Shown in pieces: positions 13,574 through 25,023 of a DNA stretch of 64,000 bases; within the stretch, counting starts at the first letter, position 1, and every line of letters starts with the position of its first letter. The position numbers were made by a program, and so were the translations under genes. The notes beneath the pieces are model-generated. The model did not search any database and had not been told where the DNA came from. It saw nothing but the letters and a program-made list of their open reading frames with translations. Source of the DNA: Saccostrea cucullata (lineage: Eukaryota); the NCBI RefSeq assembly GCF_032062105.1, contig NW_026921619.1:1-64000 (forward strand), given 5' to 3'.

Positions 13574-15750
13574 TTTTTAGCTCTTTTGAGCCAAAGGCTC
13601 AAAGAGCTAATGCTATGGCCATTGGTGCGGTGTGCATAAACTTTTTAGAATATGGGCCATAACTCAAGAACCCCTTGGCCAATCAGTACCAAATTTGTCA
13701 CAGGGTATCCTTGGCCCAAGGGCTACCATTTATACTAAAATAAGGGTTGGGACCCTTAAACAAGGGGAGATAATCAGGAAAACAAAACCAAAAGTACTGG
13801 TTGCTAAAAAATCTTCTCTCCATAACCACCAGGCAGATTTTCACCAAACTTACATACAAGGATCAGGATATGTCGAAGATTAAAATTTGCACGGGGAATT
13901 ACCCTGGGGCAAAGGGCGTGGTCTCAAGGTCACTTCAAAGTTGACCTAAATTTACAATTAATAAAAACGTGTATATTTTGCTTACCATAAGGACTAGGAT
14001 CATCAATTCTTGTAAGTTGATGCATCTTACGACTTCACATCATGTTAACTCAAAAGTAGGTCACGGTGACCTACTTTTTAAATTTTGCGGGGATTTGTTT
14101 TCAAATTGATTCGAAGGCATATTTTGGACACTTTAAGGCCTATGATTATCAAACTTTGTCAGTTGATGCATCTTGGGTCCTCAAACAATGTCAACTTCAA
14201 AGTAGGTCACTGTGACCTACTTTTTGAACTTTATGACATCCTTTTAAAAACATTAAATCCCATTATTTCAGACACTGGGAGGTTTAGAATCATGAAATCT
14301 TGTACTTTGATGCATCTTGGGACCTTAAAACATATTTATGAAAAAGTAGGTCACTGTGACCTACTTTTTGAATTTTGTCGACATTTGTTTTCAAATTGTT
14401 TAAAACCCATATTTTGATTACCTTCAGACCTACGATCATCAAACTTGGTCAGTAGATGCATCTGGGGTCTTTGAAAAATGTCGACCAAAATGTAGGTCAC
14501 GATGACCTACTTTCGACATTTTATGGCTATATTTAAGTATCTTAGGTATTTATTGGCTTAGAATCATCAAACTTTGTGAGTCCATGTATATTTGGTTTTC
14601 GGAGAGTGACGACCTAAAAGTAGGTCACGGTGACCTACTTTTGACATTTTATGGCTTTATTTAAGTATCTCCGGTACTTATTGGCGTAGAATCATCAAAC
14701 TTTGTGAGTTGATGCATCTTGGGTTTTCGGAGAGTGACGACCAAAAAGTAGGTCATGGTGGCCTACTTTTGACATTTTGTGACTATAATTAAGTATCTCT
14801 GGTACTTATTGACCTAAAATCATCAAACTTTATCAGTTGATGCATCTTGGGTTTCGGTCACAGTGACCTACTTTTGACATTTTATGGCTATATTTAAGTA
14901 TCTCAGGCACTTATTGGTTAAGAATCATCAAACTTTGTCAGTTGAGGCATCTTGGGTTTTCGGAGAATGTCGACCAAAAAATAGGTCACAGTGACCTACT
15001 TTTGAATATCTCAGGTACGTATAAGCTTAGAATCATCAAACTTTGTCAGTTTAGGCACCTTGGAATTTCGGAGAACGTCGACCAAAAAGTAGGTCACTGT
15101 GACCTACTTTTGACATTTTATGGCTATATTTAATTATATCTGGTACTTATTGGCTCGGAATTATCCAGCTTTGTCAGTTGAGGCATCTTAGGGTTTCATT
15201 GAATGTCCAACAAGAAGTAGGTCACGGTGACCTAATTTTGAATATCTCAGGTACTTATTGGCTTAGAATCATCAAATTTTGTCAATTTAGGCATTATGGG
15301 TTTTTGAATAACGTCGACCAAAAAGTAGGTCACCGTGACCTACTTTTGACATTTGATGGCTATATTGAATTATCTCTGGTACTAATTGGCTTAGAATCGT
15401 CAAACTTTGTCAGATGATGCTTCTTGGGTTTTTAGAGAATGTTGACCAAAAAGTAGGTCATGGTGACCTACTTTTGAATATCTCAGGTATTTATTTAATT
15501 AGAATCATCAGTCTTTGTCAATTAATGTATCTTGAGTCCTCAGAAAATTTCAATCAAAAGGTAGGTCACTGTGACCTACTTATGGTATTTTGTAATTATA
15601 TTATAATATCTTCAGTCTTAACTGGCTAAATATTATCAAACTTTGTAGCATTTTGGGTCTTATGATCCTAATAGAGTTGGAGGCCTCTAATAGAAGTGAT
15701 AGATTGTACAATTTATCAGAAGGGCGATTCAATGCCCTTGGGCCTCTTGT
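13574..15750 (+). mobile_element. Non-autonomous Helentron (HINE)-like element with an internal satellite array
   Basis: 5' tttttagctc plus hairpin ttgagccaaaggctcaa; 3' gggcgattcaatgcccttgggcctcttgt; internal tandem units (~100-165 bp) carrying the palindrome aggtcacngtgacct from ~14050 to 15600. Confidence 0.7.
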
Positions 15751-17099
15751 ATTCAAACCTAATGTGATACTTGTTAGACCAAATTAAATACCCTATTGAG
15801 CTATCCAGCAAGCTATTGAAAACTTTACTGGTATTTCGTAATTCGCTGTAATACTCTAGAAAAGTAGAGATTTTTGTAAGATAATGAATAATATTAACCT
15901 AAAATCCAGAAATGTTGATATCAAAACCAACTCAGCAATATTGTCAGTCCGTGTGATGTGTGCAGTTTAACAATTAGAATACATCCATGAAACATAAATC
16001 GTTTTTGTAAACAGGACACAAGCTCAGATATATTGTTAATGTTTACGTTTCACAGGGTATGTTCCGTGTGTTTTACTCTGCACACATATCTCTGAGCACA
16101 GACTGACAATACTGTAGAGTTGGTTTTGTTTTCCACATTTCTACTCTGAATTATCTGGGGTGCGTTCAACAGCGTATCTCTCCGTCGTCCTGAAAGGAGA
16201 GCTAATCTAGCCGCTACGTAGGGAGAGCTAAATGTAGCTAGCATCATAAATATTTAATGCTAACTGATTTTATCATTCCATGTAAGGTTATAGTATCTAT
16301 ATAAAACAGTGCCTAACCTCTTATCTCCTTACTAATAGCAAGCGACTCAGAGTAAACGACGTCCATGCAGTCTCTGAATTCGCAGATCTCTAACAAGCAG
16401 GGGGAGGATGAAGATCTTGCCCCCTACCACCCCTACCTCTTCATTTTGCTCGGAATTTTCACCAATCCTTTAAATAATGGAATAATTATTTGATAATAAA
16501 TTATTTAATGTTTCCTTTATCTTCCTTATGAGGTCATGCTTCAATAGGTGACCTCATCACTTTAACACTTTTTAGTAAACCCCTGATTTTATTGATGTAC
16601 CCCCTGTACATGTATTACGAAGTTTAGGGCTGCATGGAGTTCTCCTCCCCTTTCCCTGGAATTAACACATCAAATTCATAAATCATTCAAAACTACATTT
16701 AAAAAAAAGAAATAAAACTTTTAAAAATGCACCAATTGTTATTTACTTTTGGGATACATATACTCTATTTGAAGACAAGCAAGTTGAATAATCCTCCAAA
16801 TTCCAATTACATACATTTAGAGAATTCGTAGAAATTGTGCATTTTTTTCCCTGTCAAAAAATTAGGATCGCAACTTTTTTTGGAGAGGATTTGAAAAATA
16901 ATTCTACACATACCATGATTGTAAATTATTGCCTACTTACAACTTAATTTCAGTTCGTAATAAGGTACAACATAAGATTACCTTTGTCTCATTCATATAC
17001 TACAAGTTGTGAAGTATGAAATCCTTACTGATGGACAATATAAACTTACGCTTTTCCCATAATCTTTAAGCGGATACCAGATGTAACAAAAAGTTAATA

Positions 17100-18260
17100 A
17101 GACCAGAGGTCACTTTATATTGTACATCTTTAGGGCGACCATACGTTACTTTATAATGTAAAACAAAAGGGAGACCAGATGCCATCTTCCGTTCTACATC
17201 ATATGGGGGACCAGATGCCACCTTATATTGTACATCAGTAGGAAGACCAGAGGTCACCTTATATTGTACATCAGTTGGGGGACCAGAGGTCACCTTATAT
17301 TGTGCATCAGTTGGGGGACCAGGGGTCACCTTATATTGTAAATCAGTAGGGAGACCAGGGGTCACCTTATATTGTACATGTACATTAGTAGGGGGACCAG
17401 AGGACACCTTATATTATACATCAGTAGGGGGCCAAAGGACACCTTATATTGTGCATCAGTTGGGGGACCAGGGGTCACCTTATATTGTACATCAGTAGGG
17501 AGACCAGGGGTCACCTTATTGTACATGTACATTAGTAGGGGGACCAGAGGACACCTTATATTATACATCAGTAGGGGGCCAAAGGACACCTTATATTGTA
17601 CATCAGTTTGGGGACCAAGGGTCACCTTATATTGTACATCAGTAGGGAGACCAGAGGTCACCTTATATTGTTCATCAGTAGGGAGACCAGGGGTCAGCTT
17701 ATATTGTATATCAGTGGGGGGGGGGGGGCAGTGGACACCTTATATTGTACATCAGTAGGGGTCACCTTATATTGTAAATCAGCAGGGGGACCAGAGGACA
17801 TCTTATATTGTACATCAGTAGGGGGACCAGAGGTCACCCTATATTGTACATCAGTTGGGGGACCAGAGGTCACCTTATATTGTACATCAGTAGGGGGGCA
17901 GAGCCTTCAGATCAGTTTTAACGTTCGTCACTAGGTGGACCAGAGGTAAACTAATATTGTACATCAATAGGTCGACCAAAGTCACCTCATATTTTATTTC
18001 ATTATGGAGACTAAAGGTCACCTTTATAATGTTCAACAGAATGGGGACCAGAGGTCACCTTATACTGTACAAGACCAGACGTCAGATTATATTGTACATC
18101 ATAAGGGGAAACAGAAGACACCTTATACATCAAAGGGGGGGGGTCAGAGGTCACCCTATGTTGTAGATCATTATGGGGACCTTAGGTCACTTTATATTTT
18201 ACAAAACAAGGGGGACCAGATGTATATTGTACATACATAGGGAGACCAGTGGTCCCCATT
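17100..18260 (+). repeat. 36-bp minisatellite (gggggaccagaggtcaccttatattgtacatcagta)n
   Basis: Direct inspection; it generates the 12-aa periodic ORFs in the track. Confidence 0.9.
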
Positions 18261-18440
18261 GTTGTACAATTTTAAGGAAACCAGATAAAAAATAAAATTT
18301 ATATGAATGCAGAGATAAGGCATCAACGATTCTAGACCCGTCTTAACCAAGAGACATCTCAAAATAAAATAAGGGCGGACCAGAGGTTACAGATAAAATG
18401 CATATTAACGGGATACTAGAGGTTCTCTTATAAAAACACG

Positions 18441-19525
18441 ACAAGAGGCCTATCGGTCTTATAGGTCATCTGAACATCATGTAAAAACTTTAAAACAATT
18501 GAATTTGGTTCGCGCTTTGAACCAGAGGCCATGATATTCGCAATATTGAAAAAAAAGCACCATTGCTCATCATAACTATATACTTAACATGCTTAGTTTA
18601 GCTACTTAATACCTACATAGAACGTAGGGGAACAAAAAAATGCATTTCAAGTACATGTAATCAGTAATAATTAGCAATAATTAGTAGTGCCCATTGACCA
18701 CAAAAACCCTCATCCTGGGGTCATACATTTCACAATTTTGGAAAAGGCACCATTGTTCATAAAAAAATTTTGGTTTATACCAAAGAACAAATTTCAAAGC
18801 ATTAATTCAATTACAGTATTTAATTAGAGTCCCCACCCCTCAATGGTACCCATGAGCCAGGGGCCTTGAAATTTATAACTCTGGAAGAGGCTCCCTTGCT
18901 TATCATAACTATATGTAGTTAGTTTAATTAATATTCAGGAGCAGAGAGGAAGATTTTTTAAAGAATTAATGAATTTTAACTTTACAATTTATATAGCCCC
19001 ACAATAACACCAGAACCCCTGACCTTTGGGTCATGAATTTCAAAACTTTGGAGAGAATACCCTTCCTCATCATAACTATGCATGTAGTTAGTTTGTTTGA
19101 TAACAGGGCCAGAGGGAAGATTTTCAAAGAATAAATGCATTTCACGATATAAATTTTTATAGCCCTGTCCTAACCCCAGGGCCCCTGACGCTGGGACAAT
19201 GAATTTCACAATTTTGGTGGAGGAGGCAATGCTTATAATAATTATGCCAACAGTTCGACGGCTTATGTCAATGAGTAAAAAAGATTTTTAAAGATTTCAT
19301 CAATTGTAGTAACTTCGTCCCAACTTTCTTGCCTTAGGGGGTGGAGGGCAGGGACAATGATTTAAAAAAATCTCCCCTTCACCCATAGATGCTTTATGCC
19401 AAAATTGTTTGTAAATGGTTGAGGGATTGCAGAGAAAAGCTGAAAATGTTCGAATGTTACAATGCACGACGCCAGAAAAAAACAGATAGCAATAAGTCAC
19501 ATAAGTCGATACAGGTGACCAAATA
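18441..19525 (-). mobile_element. Degenerate Helentron (HINE)-like element, minus strand
   Basis: Begins acaagaggcc (reverse complement of the ggcctcttgt terminus at 15741-15750); decayed ~170-bp internal repeats (tcataactat, gaatttcacaattttgg); ends near caggtgaccaaataa. Confidence 0.55.
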
Positions 19526-19563
19526 ATGAGTTCTTTGGTTTCAATATTTATGCAAAATATTAG

Positions 19564-22478
19564 ATGTCTTCTGGTCTCCCTGTTGACTTACAATATAAGA
19601 TGACCTCTGGTCTTCTTATTGATATAAAATATAAAGTGTCTTACGGTTTCTTCATTGTCGTTCAGAATAGTGTGATCATTAGTTTTAAAGATGTACAATA
19701 TATGGTGACCTCTTGTCCCCCTACTGATGTACAATACGAGGGCTGTTCAATAAATAATGTCCTGAACTCTATGACATACAATACAGATATCATATGGCAT
19801 TAAACTTAATTTTATTGAATATTTAATGAATTTATAACAATTTATGTGTTCACTTTTCATCACATAGTTTCATTGTGAGAAGCTGGAAAACAAGGGTATT
19901 CGAGACACTGCATAAAAATTGAATGGTAAAGAATTAGTAAACTAGAGTGAAATTAAGCCGTTCATTAAAGCTGCTGTAAAACTTGTCAAGAATTCCAAAG
20001 AAATACTCACTGAAATATGTAAAATTTACAGCAATCAATGTCTGTTTTATAGACACTTGAACAGTTGGATTTCAATGATAAAAAATTATATAATGTCCAT
20101 CAAAAATGGATACCGTCCTTGCAAACAAAAAATTAAACAACTAATGTATTGTTTGCCAAATTTCAACAAATAATCACTGATGGTGTATGATTGACTATAC
20201 GACACATAGCAAATTTGATAGACATCATTTCGGGAGTAGTTCACATTGTTTTAAAGAAACGTTTGACAGTAAAAAAAAAAAAGCTTAGTACTCAAAAGTC
20301 ACCCTATGTTTTAAAAAATGAGTGAAAACGACTGCGTGTAAGAATATCTATGAACAATTATTAAAAAAATATCAGTAGTTGTAGTTATCCACGTTTGTTT
20401 GAATTTCAAACAGATAATGAAACTTGAATCTATTGCTTAAAACCCTCAAAGCAAAATTTACAATAAGATGTACTTGACAAAAACAGAAAAAGTATGAGAA
20501 GAGCAAAGAATTGCAAGAGTACAAAGACAGATTTATACGCAGTTTTCGTAAATATTAGTGGTCTTGTTGTTCAAATTTGTTTTCGGGGAGGCAGTTTAAT
20601 TTCTGGAGGAATCTAGACGGCAAATTTTTTGCAAAAAATCAAAAGGTTAATGTGAATCAGGAATCCACTACATTAGATTTTTTCATGACAGCGTCCAAAC
20701 CCGTACGCCCTGAAGAGTAATGGAGTCTTGGGGATAAACAGAAAGTTAATGTTATTTCACATTATTAATATTCGCCAGATCTTTCGCCTTTTGACTTGTT
20801 TCCAAGTTTTCAAACTTGAAAAAAACACCTTCCAGAAGGAAGAAACAAGTCCAGGAAATTATAGGATCTGCCATAATCCCTTATACGAAGGGTCATACCC
20901 AAAAATGAGTTCTAAAAACAATCAGAAATTGGATAAAAAATGTTACGGACATGTGTTTAATTAAAAGATAATATTAGGTTAAATCATTATGACTAAATTA
21001 TTGAAAAGTGTCTTTTGTTTCTTTCCGAGCACCGACGACATTATTCATTGAACATCCCTCGTATAAGGTGACCTCTAGTCCCCCTACTGTTGCACAATAT
21101 AAGGTGACCTTTAGTCCTCCTACTGTTGTACAATGTAAGGTGACCTCTAGTCACCCTACTGTTGTACAATATAAGGTGATTTCTAGTCCCCCTTCTGATG
21201 TACAATATAAGTTGACCTCTAGTTCCCCTAGTGATGTAATATAAGGTGACCTCTAGTCCCCTACTGTTGTACAATATAAAGTGAACTCTAGTCCCCCAAC
21301 TGTTGCACAATATAAGGTGACCTCTATTCCCCCTACTGTTGTACAATATAAGGTGAACTCTGGTCTTCTTATTGATGTTCAATATAAGGTGTCCTCTGGT
21401 CTCCTAATTGATGTTCAATATGTGTCCTCTGGTCCCCCTACTGATGTACAATATAAGGTGACCTCTGGTCCCCCTTTTGATGTACAATATAAGATAACCT
21501 CTGTTTCCCCTACTGATGTACAATATAAGGTGTCCTCTAGTCCCCCTACTGTTGTACAATATACGGTGTCCGCTGGTCTCCCTACTGATGTACAATATAA
21601 GATGATCTGTAGTCTCCTAATTGATTTGCAATATAAGGTGTCCTCTTGTCCGCCTACTGATATACAATATAAGGTGACCTCTGGTTCCCCTACTGATGTA
21701 CATTATAAGCTGACCTCTAGTGCCCCTACTGATGTACTGTGTACAATATAAAGTGAACTCTGGTCCCCCTACTGATGTACAATATAAGATGTCCTCTGGT
21801 CCCCCTAATGATGTACAATATAAGATAACCTCATGTCCCGCTACTGATGTACAATATATGATAACCCCTGGTTCCCCTACTGATATGTACAATATAAGGT
21901 GTCCTCTGGTCCCCCTACTGATGTACAATATAAGGTGACCCCTGGTCTCCCTACTGATATACAATATAAGATGACCTCTGGTCTCCTTATTGATTTTCAA
22001 TATAAGGTGTCCTCTGGTCCCCCTACTGATGTACAATATAAGGTGACCTCTGGTCCCCTTACTAATGTACATTATAAGCTGACCTCTAATGCCCCTACTG
22101 ATGTACTGTACAATATAAGGTGACCTCTGATCCCCCTACTGATGTACAATATAAGGTGACCCCTAGTCTCCCTACTGATGTACAATATAAGGTGACCTCT
22201 AGTCCACCTAATCCTGTACAATATAAGGTGACCTCTGGTCTCCTTATTGATGTTCAATATAAGGTGACCTCTGGTCCCCCAAATGATGTACAATATAAGG
22301 TATCCTCAGTTCCCCCGTATTATGTGCAATAAAAAGTTACCTTTGGCCCCCTATTAATTTAAAATGTAAGGTGACCTATGATCCCTCTAATGATGTACAA
22401 TATAACAATTGGGTAGGGTGACAACTGGTCTCCCTACTGATGTATAGTATAATATAAGGTTACCTCTGGTCCCCCTAA
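19564..22478 (-). repeat. Same 36-bp minisatellite in inverted orientation (interrupted by a mariner; runs into the assembly gap)
   Basis: (tactgatgtacaatataaggtgacctctggtccccc)n. Confidence 0.9.
19737..21061 (+). mobile_element. Full-length-sized (1325 bp) decayed mariner transposon; transposase pseudogene
   Basis: TIRs cgagggctgttcaataaataatgtc / gacattattcattgaacatccctcg; TA duplication inside a minisatellite unit; YSPDLSPFD motif remnant (tattcgccagatctttcgccttttgac ~20769); many stops and frameshifts. Confidence 0.85.
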
Positions 22479-22663
22479 NNNNNNNNNNNNNNNNNNNNNN
22501 NNNNNNNNNNNNNNNNNNNNNNNNNNNNNNNNNNNNNNNNNNNNNNNNNNNNNNNNNNNNNNNNNNNNNNNNNNNNNNNNNNNNNNNNNNNNNNNNNNNN
22601 NNNNNNNNNNNNNNNNNNNNNNNNNNNNNNNNNNNNNNNNNNNNNNNNNNNNNNNNNNNNNNN
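22479..22663. other. Assembly gap
   Basis: Run of N. Confidence 1.
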
Positions 22664-22744
22664 CTTAAACTAATATAACTGCCCTAAGTGAAGAAATATT
22701 AATATAGAAAGCACAAAGAAATTCACTTTTACATGGATACCCAC

Positions 22745-22836
22745 TTCCGCCCCAGCCCGGGGTTGAACTCTCGACCTTCGGAATCTGTCTCCTAGCAGTG
22801 CAGGAACAGCGCGCTAGACCGCTCGGCTATCTAGGC
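22745..22836 (-). mobile_element. tRNA-derived sequence (SINE head or tRNA pseudogene)
   Basis: Reverse complement has A box TAGCCGAGCGGTCTAGCGC and B box GGTCGAGAGTTCAACCCC, but the acceptor and anticodon arms are not canonical. Confidence 0.6.
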
Positions 22837-22978
22837 AAGTCTAAAAACTTGCTTTCGATGCCGATGGAATTCTCGCGGCGCTGCCCTACACTACACGGTC
22901 ATTGAGAATAGAAGTGAGATACAGTTATTTGGACATTAGTTTTAACAGAGGATTGTTACCAATACATGTTGTAATGAA

Positions 22979-24646
22979 ATGAAATATATATATATGCATA
23001 AAAGAGGATCTATCTCGACAGAGCTACGACACTACCTTTTACCGACAGAAATTTCTTCCGGTAAACTACAGGCCAATCCAAAAGTACACAAGAAAAATCA
23101 CCCGCTGAGAACTATAGTAAATGGCCGTCAACATCCCACAGAAAAACTAGCAGAGTATGTTGAATTACAGCTCGAGGATGCAAACAAATCACTTAAAAGT
23201 TACATACAGGACACCACGGATTTCTTGAGGAAACTCTCAACATTGAATCAACCGTTGCCGAATTCTTCTTTATTATTTTGCATGGATGTTAAATCACTGT
23301 ATCCTAGTATACCAAGGAAGGAAGCAAGGGAAGTAATTAAAAGGATTCTAGAAGAACGACAGAAAAAAGAAGTAGATACTGACAGTATTCTAGAAATGAT
23401 GGATGCTGTCCTGGATAACAATAATTTTAGTTTCAACAATAAACATTATATCCAAACCGAAGGTACTGCTATAGGATCTAAACTGGGACGTAACTATGCA
23501 TGTGTATACATGGGGGAATGGGAAAATATTCTTTTGGCGATTTGTAAACAACAACCTCTTTTTTATCTAAGATACATTGACGATATTTTTGGGATCTGGA
23601 CGGGGACAGAAGAAGAACTACATGATTTCCATATGACTGCAAATAATATTCACCCCAACATTCAGCTTGACCTGCGTTTTTCAAAAACAAAAATAGACTT
23701 CCTTGATGTTTCTATTTCTCTGGATAACGGATTTCTCACAACAGATCTTTACAGCAAACCAACTGACAAACATATGTACCTTAACAAAACCTCCAGCCAT
23801 CCCGAATCTACAAAAAGTTCAATTCCGTACGGCCTTGGTCTTAGAGCACGTCGTATTTGCTCCACAGAGGAAAACTATCAAAGCCAACGTGATAAAGTGA
23901 AAAAGAACTTGCGAAAACGAGGATATTCTAGCAACGAAGTAGAAAAACAACTTACGAAAGTTGACAAACTCAATCGCTCGGATCTACTAAATTATAGAAA
24001 AAATAAAACGCGATGTGACCGTGTTCCCCTTGTGTTGACCTATTCAAAAGGATTACCGAATATTCATAACATTTTGAAGAAAAGACAAAAAATTCTTGAA
24101 AATTCCGATCGCCTGAAACTCGCGTTCAAAAAGACCCCAATCGTTGCCTATAAAAGAGACAAAAATTTGAAAGACATTTTAGTGTATAAAAAACACAACA
24201 ATTTATTTTTTAAAAAAGGAAATTTATGTGAGCCATGTGGTGCTAAAAAATGTATTTTGTGTAAATTTGTTGTGAAAACCAGCCAGTTTGAAGATAATAA
24301 CGGATGCACTTTTCAAGTCAAAAATTATATTAATTGTAAATCAAGGAATGTTGTTTATGGAATTTTTTGTAAAAAGTGTGACAAAATAGTGTATGTGGGA
24401 GAAACTGGTGATAGTTTATATCAAAGACATGTGTTGAATTTGTCTTTAATTAGAAGAGAAACAAATGATCCTGTGGCTACTCATTTTAATTCAGATGTAC
24501 ATACAGTAGAAGATTATAATATAATAGGCATTGAAAAACTGTATAAGAATGACATTTACCGCAAATATAGAGAAAATCTTTGGAAGAAAAAGTTGAACAC
24601 TTATATACCATTTGGTATTAACAAAAGGGAACACTTCTGTCTTTGA
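22979..24646 (+). pseudogene. 5'-truncated PLE ORF (RT + GIY-YIG only; lacks N-terminus, OTU and DKG)
   Basis: Matches the full ORF from MHKRGS onward; the leading MKYIY comes from flanking (TA)n. Confidence 0.85.
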
Positions 24647-24818
24647 ATTTGATTTATGAACATTTGTGTGACATTGTATACTTATTTTTACAGATATACT
24701 TTTATATATACTTTAAAATCATCTTTTTAATATACCCCGTATTCTAGTATTTTATTCTGTATGATAAAAATTTTGATACACAAGTACAATTTTTGCTCTC
24801 ACAATATTTTCAGATGTT

Positions 24819-24910
24819 TTTGGCGCAATTTTAGTGCATGACGTTGCCTCTCAATTTCTATGTTCATTGTGACGTCATAATACTGTTGAGTTGCTATGCA
24901 TTTAAATAAA
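24819..24910 (+). promoter_or_regulatory. Candidate pLTR promoter/poly(A) motifs (repeated in every unit)
   Basis: E2F-like TTTGGCGC (24819-24826), CRE palindrome TGACGTCA (24870-24877), TTTAAATAAA containing AATAAA (24905-24910) just 5' of the ribozyme; motif matches only. Confidence 0.35.
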
Positions 24911-24960
24911 CACGACTGATGAAGGCCGGTGACACGGCTGAAATATTTCGAAAAGTGTTT
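24908..24960 (+). ncRNA. Minimal type-I hammerhead ribozyme (unit 1)
   Basis: Core CTGATGA (24916-24922) ... GAAA (24940-24943); stem II GGCCG/CGGCT with loop GTGACA; stem I CGA/TCG plus AAACA/TGTTT; palindromic stem III region GAAATATTTC. Confidence 0.75.
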
Positions 24961-25023
24961 TAAAGTTTTTTATTGTATTGACAAAAAGAGACTTTGGATT
25001 TGTATAAAGTGTAGCAGAACAAC

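Larger units (their letters stand above)
8549..15848. mobile_element. TA-flanked TIR element (Tc1/mariner-like MITE) inflated to 7.3 kb by nested insertions
   Basis: cagcgaattacgaaataccagtaaa...agggtattta (8549-8612) is the reverse complement of 15785-15848; the left TIR resumes at ~11518 (ttggtctgacaagtatcacattaggtttgaat), matching 15751-15781; TA on both outer flanks. Confidence 0.8.

Noticed and set aside
14085-15629. ORFs with repeated KVGHCDLL
   Set aside because: Translations of the Helentron internal satellite
17066-22332. Numerous 60-156 aa ORFs with VQYKVTSGPPTD / HLILYISRGTRG repeats
   Set aside because: Translations of a 36-bp minisatellite that is open on both strands and broken by frameshifts; no evidence of coding function
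17100-22478. 36-bp repeats resembling a CRISPR array
   Set aside because: Units are contiguous with no unique spacers, degenerate, and in a eukaryotic context with no cas genes
22745-22836. Functional tRNA gene
   Set aside because: A and B boxes are present but I could not fold a proper acceptor and anticodon stem; treated as a tRNA-derived repeat
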